The notes under the pieces are model-generated. The model worked only from the letters and a program-made list of their open reading frames with translations. It was not told where the DNA came from and did no database searches. Positions 39,954 to 53,458 of a stretch of 64,000 nucleotides of DNA are shown one piece after another. This stretch comes from Octopus vulgaris. Taxonomy: Eukaryota. The number at the start of each line of letters is the position of its first letter. The first letter of the stretch is position 1. The position numbers and the translations under genes were made by a program. The stretch lies in assembly GCA_951406725.2 (NCBI GenBank), contig OX597822.1:11904001-11968000 (forward strand), in the 5' to 3' direction.

Positions 39954-40739
39954 TCTATATATATGTATAGATCAATAATGGTGGGGTTGTGTTGAGTGCA
40001 CGTGGAGTTCTTTTACCTAACTCTTCTTGATAAGTCACACTATGACGAAAACCGGTTTGAATAAATATATATTTATATATTTTTCAATTTCTCATTTCAT
40101 TAAAATTTTCTTTCAATCTAGCATTCTGCATTTTTATAATTTTTCCTATCTATATATATATATATATATATCTATATATATATATATATATATATAAGAG
40201 TAAAAGGTGGCAGGTTAAAAACTGGAAAACAAAAATGAAATCAGAAAAAAGCAGAAGTGGGAGATGAGACTTACTTCCCTTTGACTGTAAGTTAGGCTGA
40301 AAGGATAGCGGCTTAGAACCTCTAGTGCAGTTGCTCAATGGTGATGGATGCACTTTCCAACTTGTCTACATGAACTTAATCATATGCTCACCACTGCTGA
40401 AGTTCTAGAGTTTAGCAGTAATTTAGAGTTCTTAGGTCTGAAAAGTGTCTGAGTTCTTTTAGCCACGTATAGCTTGCATTTTTTAAATTCGTTTTCGACT
40501 CTATATTAAGTAGTGTGGCGTTCGGGTTCGAATCCCATTCGTGGATACCCAGTTTAGTAGTTTTACTTTTGTCTCTGTGATGGAAAGAATGTATGTAATT
40601 AGTTTGGCGATTTTTAAATTCTCCTTCACAAAGTCCGGTAAAGTGCTTCTTATTCGTTCGGTTATTATATTACGTTGCTGTAATTTGTGTCTCATATATG
40701 ACGGATTTAATTTGGAAAATGTTTGTGTAGGCGCGACAG

Positions 40740-40985
40740 GGATCTTATCTATGATAGTTTTACGTTAAGGGAAAAGCGAGGGGCGAACCAAATTATTTTT
40801 CTTAGGTGTATTTTTAAGTCTGTTATTCTTCCGATTAATATTAGAAGGGCAATATATTAATTTATCCTTAAAGTCAGTATTAGCTAGGGCATTGTTGTAG
40901 TAGGGGACTGCCTTCTCGAAAATGTATTTATAGGAAGACAGGTTAGCTATCAAGTTTTTAAATACTACTGGAGGGTTGTATTCAA
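40740..40985 (-). mobile_element. Penelope-like element ORF fragment (RT thumb/linker before GIY-YIG)
   Basis: NPPVVFKNL..IANLSS..IFEKAVPYYNNALA..FKDKLIY..KIIWFAP.FSLNVK resembles the PLE motif HPP..LSS..IF..A.PYY..AL..RKIIWFNPPFS.NVKT. Confidence 0.7.
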
Positions 40986-41626
40986 AAATCAGATAGCGAA
41001 AAATTTGTTACAGAGTTTCTAACCTCTCTTCCTCTTCCTGTTACATATTTTACCTGCTGTTTTGACTCAGTTTTCATATCATAATATAAACTTATTACTC
41101 ACCAAGAAATTGGGTATGATCTTAATTGCGACCTGTCATATGCTATTACGAATTATCAAAAACCAACAATTGAATTTTCGAATGATTTACTACATCTGTT
41201 TCGAGAGGCTACGAAACAAATATAACCTAGTAATACCAGCATCAGTCGATTACCATAGAGAAAAATATTATTGGAATCGTGTTTGTCCCTAAATGTAGGC
41301 AAGAAATTTTTGTTATGAAACATATGAAGAGTTATAAACTAAAAGAGATGAAAATGAAAAAGGAAAGAAGAGAAGTGGAAAAATGAAGAGAGGGCTATAA
41401 ATAAAATCGGTTTAAACTGCTAATGAAAAAAGCAAGTTATGAAATATTATACTTTGCTGATAACATCAAAGACTGAAGAAATGCAGATTTTCTCAACAGT
41501 CCAGAACAATTTAAGAAAACATTTATTAGTCTATGGAACTTTCAAATCATAAAATTGAAACAAATATAACTTATTTTCCCATTTGTATATGCTACATAAT
41601 CAAAAGTGGATTGTTCCTATTTATTA

Positions 41627-41687
<61 letters not shown>

Positions 41688-41911
41688 ATATATATATATG
41701 TATATATGTAAATATATATATATATATATTTATTTTATAGAAGGAGCTTCTACAGGACTAGAACTGTTTCATTCAAAAGAAATCATGATGATTTCTTTTG
41801 AATGAAACAGTTCTAGTCCTGTAGAAGCTCCTTCTATAAAATAAATTAATTTACTCTGCTATGTATTGAGTACCTTATTTACTGTGGTTAACCCCGACTA
41901 AACCCGTGACC

Positions 41912-41967
<56 letters not shown>

Positions 41968-42161
41968 TCTATATATATATATAGATCAATAATGGTGGGG
42001 TTGTGTTGACCGCACGTGGAGTTCTTTTACATAACTATTCTTGATAAGTCACACTATGACGAAAACCGGTATGAATAAATATATATTTATATATTTTTTC
42101 AATTTCTCATTTCATTAAAATTTTCTTTCAATCTAGCATTCTGCATTTTTACAATTTTTCC

Positions 42162-42205
<44 letters not shown>

Positions 42206-42754
42206 AGTAAAAGGTGGCAGGTTGAAAACTGGAAAACAAAAATGAAATCAGAAAAAAAGCAGAAGTGGGAGATGAGACTTACTTCCCTTTGACTGTAAGT
42301 TAGGCTGAAAGGATAGCGGCTTAGAACCTCTAGTGCAGTTGCTCAATGGTGATGGATGCACTTTCCAACTTGTCTACATGAACTTAATCATATGCTCACC
42401 ACTGCTGAATATTTCAGTTCTAGAGTTTAGCAGTAATTTAGAGTTCTTAGGTCTGAAAAGTGTCTGAGTTCTTTTAGCCACGCATAGCTTGCATTTTTTA
42501 AATTCGTTTCCGACTTTATATTAAATAGTGTGGCGTTCGGGTTCGAATCCCATTCGTGGATACCCAGTTTAGTAGTTTTACTTTTGTCTCTGTGATGGAA
42601 AGAATGTATGTAATTAGTTTGGCGATTTTTAAATTCTCCTTCACAAAGTCCGGTACAGTGCTTCTTATTCGTTCGGTTATTATATTACGTTGCTGTAATT
42701 TGTGTCTCATATATGACGGATTTAATTTGGAAAATGTTTGTGTAGGCGCGACAG

Positions 42755-43000
42755 GGATCTTATCTATGATAGTTTTACGTTAAGGGAAAAGCGAGGGGCG
42801 AACCAAATTATTTTTCTTAGGTGTATTTTTAAGTCTGTTATTCTTCCGATTAATATTAGAAGGGCAATATATTAATTTATCCTTAAAGTCAGTATTAGCT
42901 AGGACATTGTTGTAGTAGGGGACTGCCTTCTCGAAAATGTATTTATAGGAAGACAGGTTAGCTATCAAGTTTTTGAATACTACTGGAGGGTTGTATTCAA
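42755..43000 (-). mobile_element. Duplicate of the Penelope-like ORF fragment
   Basis: Copy of 40740-40985 within the tandem duplication. Confidence 0.7.
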
Positions 43001-43702
43001 AAATCAGATAGCGAAAAATTTGTTACAGAGTTTCTAACCTCTCTTCCTCTTCGTGTTACATATTTTACCTGCTGTTTTGACTCAGTTTTCATATCATAAT
43101 ATAAACTTATTACTCACCAAGAAATTGGGTATGATCTTAATTGCGACCTGTCATATGCTATTACGAATTATCAAAAACCAAACAATTGAATTTTCGAATG
43201 ATTTACTACATCTGTTTCGAGAGGCTACGAAACAAATATAACCTAGTAATACCAGCATCAGTCGATTACCATGGAGAAAAATATTATTGGAATCGTGTTT
43301 GTCCCTAAATGTAGGCAAGAAATTTTTGTTATGAAACATATGAAGAGTTATAAACTGAAAGAGATGAAAATGAAAAAGGAAAGAAGAGAAGTGGAAAAAT
43401 GAAGAGAGGGCTATAAATAAAATCGGTTTAAACTGCTAATGAAAAAAGCAAGTTATGAAATATTATACTTTGCTGATAACATCAAAGACTGAAGAAATGC
43501 AGATTTTCTCAACAGTCCAGAACAATTTAAGAAAACATTTATTAGTCTATGAAACTTTCAAATCATAAAATTGAAACAAATATAACTTATTTTCCCATTT
43601 GTATATGCTACACAATCAAAAGTGGATTGTTCCTATTTATTACTCACAAATTAAAAAGTAACGAAAAGAAAACGATAGAGGTAAAAATTAATAACATTAA
43701 TT

Positions 43703-44480
43703 AAGCGGCGAGCTGGCAGAATCGTTAACACACCGGGCGAAATGCTTAGCGGTATTTCGTCTGCTGCTATGTTCTGAGTTCAAATTCCACCGAAGGAGAC
43801 TTAGCTTTTCATCCTTTCGGAGTCGATCAATTAAGTACCAGTTACGCACTGGGGTCGATGTAATCGACTTAATCCGTTTGTCTGTCCTTGTTTGTCCTCT
43901 CTGTGTTTAGAAATAGGTGTTTTGTCTGAGCTCAAACTCCGCCGAGGTCGACTTTGCCTTTCATCCTTTCTGGGTCGAAAAAATAAGAACCAGTTGAGTC
44001 CTGGAGGCGATGTAATCGACTGGATCCCTCTCCCCCAAGTTTCAGGCATTGTACCTATATTAGAAAGGATTATTAATAACATGAGGAACATTGGTTTCAC
44101 ATTTTAGCTCAAGGACAGTAATTTCAAGGGAAAAAAGAAAATCGATTACATCGACTCCAGTGCTCAATTGGTTTTTATTTTATTAACCTAGAAAGTAATG
44201 AAAGGCAAAGTAGACCTTGGTAGGATGTGTACTAAGATCGTAAACACGAGCAAAATGTTTTGCAGCATTTTTCCCGACGGGCTAACGATTCGGCCAGCAC
44301 GCCGCCTTAAATAGCATCAGAAATAAGCTGGTAGAATCGTTAGCACGTCGAGCGAAATGCTTAGCGGAATTTCGTCTTTCACGTTCCACCGAGATCGACG
44401 GTGTCTTTTGAGGTCGATAAAATAATTACCAGATATTTATCAGTGTCCCCCCGCCCGAAAGATTTGAAATCAATATTAGA
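43703..44480. mobile_element. Cluster of family B SINEs in +/-/+ orientation
   Basis: Copies at ~43703-44075(+), ~44090-44310(-) and ~44325-44480(+). Head gcggcgagctggcagaatcgtta. Confidence 0.8.
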
Positions 44481-44641
44481 TTACAAATACTAATAACAAA
44501 AACAAAACATCAAGTGTATGCGTAAGGCACACCGAGCTGTGCACTGTAGTGCAGTGAAAGTACACAATGAAAATATAACAACTGAATGGTAATGACAGTA
44601 AATGTAGCCTAAAATTAATAACAGCCATGATAATTCAAGGT

Positions 44642-44890
44642 GGAGGCACGTGGCTTAGTGGTTAGAGTGTTGAATTCATGATCGTATGGTTGTGGTTTCG
44701 ATTCCATGACCGGGCAATGCGTTGTGTTCTTGAGTAAAACACTTCATTTTCACGTTGCTCCAGTCCACTTTGCTGGCAAAAATGATTAATCCTGCGACGG
44801 ACCGGCCTCCCGTCCAGGTGGGGAATTTCTACGCCACTAAAACCGGGAAACCGGCTCTTATGAGCCTGGCATGGCTCGAGAAGGAACATT
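44642..44890 (+). mobile_element. tRNA-derived SINE (family D)
   Basis: A-box gtggcttagtggttagag, B-box ggtttcgattcc, CORE-like ttgtgttcttgagtaaaacactt. Confidence 0.7.
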
Positions 44891-44939
44891 TATTTATTCT
44901 ATGCTACTACAAAAACAACAATAGCAACAGCAACAATAA

Positions 44940-45147
44940 TCCTTTCTTCTATAAACGCAAGGCCTGATTGTTTGGCGGTGAATAGTTGATTACACCGACC
45001 CCATTGATGAACTGATAATTATTTCATCGACGTAGAAAGGATAAAATTCGACATCCATGGAGTGTAATCTCAGAATGTAAAAAGAGACGAAAGATCGCAA
45101 AGCAATTTGTCCGACATGGGAGCCATTCTACCAGCTCACTGCCTTAA
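44940..45147 (-). mobile_element. Degenerate family B SINE
   Basis: gattacaccgacccc..atttcatcgac..aaaggat..attctaccagctcactgcctt. Confidence 0.55.
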
Positions 45148-45285
45148 GAACCACAATAATACCAATGCTTTTCTTTTTTGGCCATGAGGGCCACAGAAAT
45201 AAAAAATGATGTTTGTAATACTATGATTGAACTAATAGATTTCAATCATTCTCTTCAGTAAAAGACAATAATAATAATGATAATT

Positions 45286-45335
<50 letters not shown>

Positions 45336-45336
<1 letters not shown>

Positions 45337-45512
45337 GTAAACAAACATAATTTTCGTATGGTTTTTTAGACATTCACTGGTACAACACTAAATACAAAAC
45401 CAAATATATGGCACACTAGGCATAACAACATCAACTTCCAATCTGTTGTCTCTTGAGGTCTCTGTGTGAGACTTGGAACCAAGTTGTACAGATGTAAAGC
45501 AAAAGTCAAACA
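45336..45512 (+). mobile_element. Short insert between (AAT)n tracts, probably the 3'UTR of another R4/Dong family
   Basis: Unique sequence bounded by (AAT)n at 45267-45335 and 45513-45580. Assignment rests on context only. Confidence 0.4.
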
Positions 45513-45634
<122 letters not shown>

Positions 45635-45706
45635 AGAAGAAGAAGAAGAAGAAGAAGAAGAAGAAGAAGAAGAAGAAGAAGAAGAAGAAGAAGAAGAAGA
45701 AGAAGA

Positions 45707-47932
45707 AACGCCAACGCTTCTTTGAACAGAACAAAAAGTTCAACTCCGACCCCAAAAAGTTCTACCAAGAACTGGGCAAAAATAAAATAGAAGTCACTGC
45801 AGCACCAACGGCAGAAGAATTGGAAGAATTCTGGAAAGAAATATGGTCGGCGAACGAACAGCCAAAAAAAGGAGTATGAAAATAACAAACTCGGCATCTG
45901 AACAACTTTGGACCCCCATAACAACTGAAGAGGTCACCAGGCACTGCAAAAACTAAGCAACTGGAAGGCACCTGGGCATGACAAGATCCCCAACTTCTGG
46001 TTGAAATATCTAACAGGAATGCACAAAAAGCTGGCTGAAAACTTTAACAGCATACTAGCAGAGTCAGAGACAATGCCTGAATGGCTCACGAAGGGGAAAA
46101 CCATCTTAATTCCCAAATCAAGTGAAACAACAAAACCAGAAAACTACAGACCAATAAACTGCCTCCCTACTATGTTCAAGGCATTTACTGCAGTGATATC
46201 CCAAAGGCTGAACAAGCACCTGGACGAAAACAAACTGTTCCCAGAAGAGCAGAAAGGATGCCGCAAGGGCTCATATGGCTGTAAAGATCAACTAATGATT
46301 AATAAAGCCGTAACTGAAGACAGCCACAGAAAGAAGAAAGGCCTCAGTATGGCCTGGATTGACTACAAAAAGGCGTTTGATAGCATCCCCCACACATGGA
46401 TCCTCGAAACACTAGCCATTAACAAAGTAGCACCAACAATCATAAAATTCATAGAGCACTCTATGAATAAATGGCAAACAGTCCTACACCTCCAAACAAA
46501 AGAGGGACTCATGAAAACCAAAGACATCCCCATTAGAAGAGGAATATTCCAGGGAGACACGCTCTCTCCACTCCTTTTCTGCTTGGCACTGTCACCTCTA
46601 TCTGATATGCTAAATAGAACTGGATGCGGATATAAATGTTACGGCAAAACGATCAGCCACCTTTTATATATGGATGACCTAAAACTATACGCTGCAAATG
46701 ACAAACAGCTGGAAACACTATTAAAGACAGTTCATGGATTTACCAAAGAAATAGATATGAAATTTGGATTAGAAAAATGCGCCAAAATAACCATGAAAAG
46801 AGGAAAACTAGTTAAGAGTAACAACATCACACTAGATAAAACCAATGAAATAAAAGAATTAGACCAAAGCCAAACTTACAAATACTTAGGAATCCATGAA
46901 CTAGATAAGACACAACACACACAAATGAAAGAGAAAATAAAAAAAGAATATTATAGACGAGTTAGATTAATACTGAAAACAGAGCTCAATGCGAAAAACA
47001 AGATAATGGGCATCAACACACAAGCCGTCCCAGTTATAAGTTACAGCTACAATATCCTCAATAGGACACTAAATGAACTAACCAAAATAGATAGGAAAAC
47101 AAGAAAAATACTGACAGGATCTAGGATGCATCACCCAAAATCTGACATAGAAAGACTATATATACAACGTATAGAAGGTGGTAGAGGCCTTATACAGCTG
47201 GAAAACTACTATAAAATAACCACCATAGGACTGCAAAAATACCTACTTCAGAAGGAAGGAAAACTGATCCAGATAGCAGCAAAACACGAGCAAAACAAAA
47301 AACTGTTCTCACTATTTAAGGAAGCTGACAAATACAAACAAGAAATCATACCACCTAATAAACACAAAGAAGGAGAAGAAGATGATGAAGAAACAACAAA
47401 AGCTATAAAACAAATGAAATCCAAACTAAAAATAGAACAGCAACGAGCCATGATAAAACGATGGCAAGAAAAGCCCCTTCATGGTAAATACTGGACTAAA
47501 CTAAACGCAAAAGAAATAGACAAAGAAAAATCCCAGCAATGGTTGAGAAGCTCAGGACTCAAAGCAGAAACAGAGGGATTTTTAATTGCAGCACAAGACC
47601 AAAGCCTCCCCACCAGAAATTACCAAAAATATGTAATGAAAAGAAATATTACAAGTAACTGCAGAATATGTGGAGATGGACAAGAAACAATAAATCATAT
47701 TATCTCTAGCTGCCCAGTCCTGGCTAAGAAGGAATATATTCACAGACATGACAGAGTTGGAACCTACATACATTGGAAGCTATGCCAACATTATGGAATA
47801 ACAACAGAAAAAAGATGGTATAGGCACACACCAGAAAAGGTCACAAAGATCACAACAAATCACAGCACATACCCAAGGCACACAGAGCTGCGCTCGGTAG
47901 TGAAGTGAAAGCACGCTAGAAAAATAAAACTA

Positions 47933-47935
<3 letters not shown>
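45707..47935 (+). mobile_element. 5'-truncated R4/Dong-clade LINE with an open RT reading frame and a deleted endonuclease domain
   Basis: ORF 46001-47908 contains NYRPINCL, EEQKGC, WIDYKKAFDSIPH, GIFQGDTLSPLLF, YMDDLKLY, GGRGL and CRICG..HIISSC..RHD. It jumps to the 3'UTR at ~47847 and ends in (AAT)n. Confidence 0.93.
46001..47908 (+). CDS. R4/Dong-type reverse transcriptase with CCHC knuckle (N- and C-truncated)
   Basis: Uninterrupted 635-aa ORF with the RT motifs listed above. Confidence 0.85.
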   Translation: MKYLTGMHKKLAENFNSILAESETMPEWLTKGKTILIPKSSETTKPENYRPINCLPTMFKAFTAVISQRLNKHLDENKLFPEEQKGCRKGSYGCKDQLMINKAVTEDSHRKKKGLSMAWIDYKKAFDSIPHTWILETLAINKVAPTIIKFIEHSMNKWQTVLHLQTKEGLMKTKDIPIRRGIFQGDTLSPLLFCLALSPLSDMLNRTGCGYKCYGKTISHLLYMDDLKLYAANDKQLETLLKTVHGFTKEIDMKFGLEKCAKITMKRGKLVKSNNITLDKTNEIKELDQSQTYKYLGIHELDKTQHTQMKEKIKKEYYRRVRLILKTELNAKNKIMGINTQAVPVISYSYNILNRTLNELTKIDRKTRKILTGSRMHHPKSDIERLYIQRIEGGRGLIQLENYYKITTIGLQKYLLQKEGKLIQIAAKHEQNKKLFSLFKEADKYKQEIIPPNKHKEGEEDDEETTKAIKQMKSKLKIEQQRAMIKRWQEKPLHGKYWTKLNAKEIDKEKSQQWLRSSGLKAETEGFLIAAQDQSLPTRNYQKYVMKRNITSNCRICGDGQETINHIISSCPVLAKKEYIHRHDRVGTYIHWKLCQHYGITTEKRWYRHTPEKVTKITTNHSTYPRHTELRSVVK

Positions 47936-48010
<75 letters not shown>

Positions 48011-48014
<4 letters not shown>

Positions 48015-48503
48015 CCGGATATTATTATAAAAGATCAGACAAAAAAATGTGTTTATTAATTGACATGAGTATCCCTAGCCATCGCAATATAACGGTGAAA
48101 GTATTTGACAAGATTAGTAAATATAAAGACCTGCTAATAGAAATTGAAAAAATGTGGCATCGCAAGGCGACTACAGTACCAGTGATTGTAGGATCTCTAG
48201 GAATGATAAAAACAGGTACTGAAACCTATTTGAAAATGATTCCAGGCTTACCATCCCTACAGGAAGTGCACAAAATCGTATCAACTGGAACGTCTTATGT
48301 ACTGTGAAGAGCATTATCGCTGTGAAAATAACATCCATCCATGAATTTATTTATTTATTAATTTTTAAATACATATTTTATCTGTGAATTTGCGTGTGTA
48401 ATCTGGTAATGCATACAATGAGCTTCTCTGCCCGGGTGTACGGAAAACACTCGGCGAGAAACGGAAGAAAATTTGAAGAAAGAAGGAAAAAAAAATAAAA
48501 ATA

Positions 48504-48505
<2 letters not shown>
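48011..48505 (+). mobile_element. 3' fragment of a different R4/Dong LINE (restriction-like endonuclease + 3'UTR)
   Basis: KPDIIIKD..CLLIDMSIP..KISKYKDL..VPVIVGSLG (PD..D..K motif). Flanked by (AAT)n on both sides. Confidence 0.88.
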
Positions 48506-48568
<63 letters not shown>

Positions 48569-50429
48569 GAAAAACGAGACTAAATATAAAGATGTAATAA
48601 ATCATATCAACATCAGCAATAATGTCACTCGTAATGTTTTAATTTCGTGCCTAGAGACGATAGAGACATCTATGTATATGTATATATTATGTATGTTCTG
48701 TATCCCTTTACGTGTTTGACTACGTCCATAGAGGGGTACCAACGTCAAGGGCTCAGGCGATTAGAACGACCCCAGTGCTCAATATCAGGCTGCTAAATAT
48801 TTTGTGGGCCGCTTATTCCGATCTGCTAACCTGCTAAGTTACAGCTAGGTAAGTAAGCTGAATACGGTTTTCAAACCTCGAGACAGGGACAGAGAGAGAG
48901 AGAGAGAGACAGAGAGGAAGGGAGGGAGACCGATACACACACTTAAATGCACACATACACCCACCCACACATCCTTTCACATACACGCATGCACACATTG
49001 ACGAGAGACTTCAGTGGAATTGAACCTGAAACCACGAGTTTCATAACAACTTACTACGCTTGCGGTTGAATCCAAATAAGCCCTGCACACACACACACAC
49101 AGATACACATACACACGCACAGACACTCCAGCATCCAAACACCTTCACTCATCGCATCACAAACATGAAGACACCCACGCCTGCAGGATGGCGTTTTGCT
49201 TCCATAAACAGGAATTTAATTTTTGTCTGTGAATGTCATCATTGAAAATTCAGTGAAAGTACTGAAGAAAAAAATTAAATGTCGAAATATAATCTATCGA
49301 AATAAAATTTCTCCAATGAAATGCGAAATATTTATCTGTCAAAAATTAACCTCAAACACATTTAATATTTTAACAAAACATCAAAATAGATATCGGAGAA
49401 GCCGGCACATTGTACAGTTCCTCAGCAGTTCTCTTAAAGAAAGGCTTCTAGACGTGAAATATTAAAATACAAGGCGAAATTACAAAGCCGCATCCGTATC
49501 ATTTCTTATAACTTGCATTATTTCTGCTTTATGAAAAAAATTACGGAGATGTACTTGCATAGCAAGTGACCTGATCTGATATCGTGTGCTGGAACAAAAA
49601 CAATGATGCAGCACAGAATTTTGTCAGTGAACAGGTCGCAATCTAAAAGCGACGAACATATTTTGACAAATTAATTTTAAATATTGAAGTGAATCTAACG
49701 GATTTTGTGTGTTTCTTAAATGGCTTATAAACAACTTCCACACTGAAAACAAAATGTTTTAAAATTTTTGGACAAGACCAACAGTTTTGGGAGATGAGGT
49801 ACGTCGATTACATTCACCCCACAGCTAAACTGGCACTTGTTTTTATCGACCCTGAAAAGCTGAAATAAAAAAGTCAACCTCGACGGAGTTTGAACTCAGG
49901 ACGGGAAGACAGCATTTATAAGTATCAGAGAGGGGTCCGCTATTGCAGGTTGCGGAACCTTGAGTAGAATTTCAGTGGATCTTTGAATTCTCACCGACCA
50001 TTAGCATTACACAGTAAACACGATTGAGTAAGACCATTGAATTCCAGTAGTGAGAAAATCGTAAACAATACGGACGATGACCGATGCAACAAGAACAAAA
50101 CAAAGCTGAACGAATTTGCATTACACGAACGAATATTAATTGTTCACGAACAAACAGAATATAATGAGAGAAGAAAACAAAGAACTGAAAGACAGCTAAG
50201 AACAAAATCCAAAAATTAACCCTCTGCATTTACAATTGCACGATAAAGCAATTACCACTCGAATCGATAGCAAACCTACTAAATTAATGCTAGGTTTTAT
50301 AGAAGAAAAAACAACTAAGGGAGACTATACATATGTGTGCGTATTTACGCTGTGTATACATAATCTTCTTTTCTACTCTAGGTACAAGGCCCGAAATTTT
50401 GGGGGAGTGGGCCCAGTCGATTAAATCGC

Positions 50430-50650
50430 CCCTAAGACTTATTCTTTGTAAGCTTAGTACATATTCTATTGGTCTCTTTTGCCAAACCGCTATGTTTCGG
50501 AGAAGTAAACACCAAAATCGATTGCCAAGTGATGTTGGGACGAGGGAGACAGACACGCAAGCAGATGCAAACACACACATACATGCATACATACATGCAT
50601 ACATACATACATACATACATTCATACATACATACTAACATACATACATAT

Positions 50651-50699
<49 letters not shown>

Positions 50700-51040
50700 G
50701 ACTTTTCTTTTTTCGCCGAACCGCTAATTACGGGTACTTAAACACACCAATATCGGTTGTCAGGTGATGGTGGGGGACAAACACACACACACATACACAC
50801 TCACACACACACATACACTCATATATATATGTATATATACCTATATATCTATATATCTATATCTATATATATATATATACATATATACGACAGGCTTCTT
50901 TCAATTTCCGTCTAACAAATCCACTCACAAGTCATTAGTCGGCCTGAGGCTATAGAATAAGACACTTGCCCAAGGTCCCACGCAGTGAAACTGAACTCGG
51001 AGCCATGTGGTTGGTAAGCAAGCTACTTACCACACACCCA
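50430..51040 (-). mobile_element. Family A SINE with an internally duplicated segment and expanded microsatellites
   Basis: gacttattctttgtaagcttagtac..; ttccgtctaacaaatccactcacaag..cacttgcccaagg..aagctacttaccacaca. Confidence 0.75.
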
Positions 51041-51699
51041 CTTTGTACATACTTACTTGCAAACATATTCACATAGAGTATAAAAATGAAGAATACTATG
51101 TAGAAAATGCATAGCTACTAAGCGCAACAGCTGTTTCAGGAAGCTCAGATTTACGTAAAAATCTCAATCTTCATAATTTGTAAATGGAATATAGAACCCG
51201 ATTTTGATATGCAACCAGTAAACTGTCATACGTCAACTTTACAATAACTCCTGCTCCCCTCATCAAGAGAGAGTTAGCAAAAACCATCTCATTTGTTTCT
51301 ATATAAAATTAAGGTATTAATTCTCTTACACAGAAGAAAGAATATTGGAAAATGTTGAAGTCTGTTACTAAATAAATGAGCTTAAAGGCCACAAGGTTGT
51401 TGTGAAAGATTTCTTCTCGTTACGTAGTGAATATCCAACATACACAATATCTTATGTGTTCAGTAACGCTATTCTTTACTATAATCAATACAACCCGTGA
51501 CATTAGCAGTATTTTCTAGTCTTAGGCATTTCATGACTTATACCTACACCAGCTAAATGCTTCTTTCTTTATTGTTGCTGCAGAATGTTGCTTGTAAATA
51601 AAATTGCACCTCCATTTCTAGCAGGAAGAGCTAATGTCTGGAAATATTCATGTCGGCCTCTAGTAATCATATCAATATTAATATTTGTTAATATGACCG

Positions 51700-51890
51700 T
51701 AAGCTGTCAGAAACGTTAGCACGCCGTGTGAAAAGTTTAGCAGTATTTCCTCTGCCGCTATGTTCTGAGATCAAATTCCGCCGAGGTTCACTTTACCTTT
51801 CATCCTTTCGGGGTCGATTAAATAAGAACCAGTTACGCACTGGTGTCGATGTAATCGACTTAATCCGTTTGTCTGTCCTTGTTTGTCCCT
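51700..51890 (+). mobile_element. Family B SINE
   Basis: gaaacgttagcacgccg..tcaaattccgccgagg..ttcatcctttcggggtcgattaaataag. Confidence 0.8.
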
Positions 51891-52054
51891 TTTCTCTCTA
51901 ATACATACCTGCTAACTCGGAAGCCTGCTATAGACTCTAGCTCAAGCCTCAGCTGTGAATTTAGAACCGAGCAGATGACGTCTTACAGAACTTACACGGC
52001 ATAACAGCGTAGCTATACTTTTAGATCACCAGTGAACTAAAACCAGCATATTCC

Positions 52055-52160
<106 letters not shown>

Positions 52161-52305
52161 TGAGGTTATAAGAGATAATGGTGTCATTGAGACCCAGAGG
52201 TGTCAAGTAATGCTGAATAAGTGCTATAGACATACCATAGTTAACTTCCAGATTCGGTAATTTTGTGAATAAGGGGTTCAACATTGGTACTAGGTCAGCG
52301 TGTGC

Positions 52306-52427
52306 ATATAAGAATTTTGTGGGTAATGAGATAAATAAACCAAGGCTGTGTAGATATTAGAACATTTATAGATAGAATATCTTCACAGCCTTTGTTCTTT
52401 ATCTCATTACGCAAAAGCTTCTTATAT
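52306..52427. repeat. Imperfect palindrome (~50-bp arms)
   Basis: atataagaattttg..gtaatgagataaa..aaggctgtg pairs with cacagcctt..tttatctcattac..caaaagcttcttatat. Confidence 0.7.
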
Positions 52428-52626
52428 ATAAGTAGGAAAAACATTCATAAATGCAAAGTCAGAAATCCGGATCTAGAATTATCCAGTAATTTTTTACTAG
52501 TTTCATCTTGTCTCTTTGTTTTCTCTCCGTGTTGATATATGGAAAATTAAGGTGGTTTTAAAGTCAGATGATGGCTGCTATTTTCAACATGGTGGTATAT
52601 CGTAGATAACCTAATTTATAATTTTA

Positions 52627-52674
<48 letters not shown>

Positions 52675-53407
52675 TCTTATATCTGTGTGCATGCCTGTGA
52701 GAGTGTGTGTTCACACATATATATCTCAAGGATGTATGTGCTCAGTAGTTTATAAATAGTATTCATATTGCACGTCATGGTGGTATGAAGACGAAAACAG
52801 AGCGTAAATTTGCAAGCGTTGCCGCTGCACATATTCGCAAACATCGCTCTGTTTGCATACTTGCATAATTTAAAGCAATTCAACTTCCGTTCGCTTCATA
52901 TTAGATATATTTCCAATACAACCGCTTCATTTACACACAGGTCTTTATTCGAATTCTCTACTCGCTTCCTCAAACAGGCCAAAGCAGCTATGTTCAGGCA
53001 TATAAAACTGGTTATTGTCACTAATTCAAAACCCGACAAAACCAGGCTATCCTTCGAGTCTATGTATGACACAGTGTGCAGTACTATACAATCATATATA
53101 TATATAAATGTGTATGTATGTATATATATAGTATATACATAACATGCATTCAATACTTGTTGGAAGACAACAGGAAAATTGATACTGATGCATATGTATG
53201 TACACATATATATATGTGTGTGTGTGTGTGTGTGTATATGTATGTCTGTCTCTATGTGTGTATATGTGTGTAAGTGTGTGTGTGTTGGCGTGCTTGTCGG
53301 TGAATATCCTTATGGATTTATAAATATATTTGTGTGTGTATATATGCATATGTGTGTATATCTTTATAATTGCGCATGAATGCTATGTATGTATGTGTGT
53401 ATGTATG

Positions 53408-53458
<51 letters not shown>

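Larger units (their letters stand above)
39700..43646. repeat. Direct tandem duplication of a ~1.95-kb unit (39700-41630 and 41700-43646)
   Basis: Near-identical sequence with scattered substitutions and indels. The ORFs are duplicated (40501/42516, 40765/42780). The junction lies in (TA)n. Confidence 0.95.

Noticed and set aside
40510-40550. tRNA gene (gggttcgaatccc B-box/T-arm; duplicate at ~42540)
   Set aside because: It is an isolated T-arm-like motif with no complete cloverleaf. The SINE heads elsewhere are likewise tRNA-derived rather than tRNA genes.
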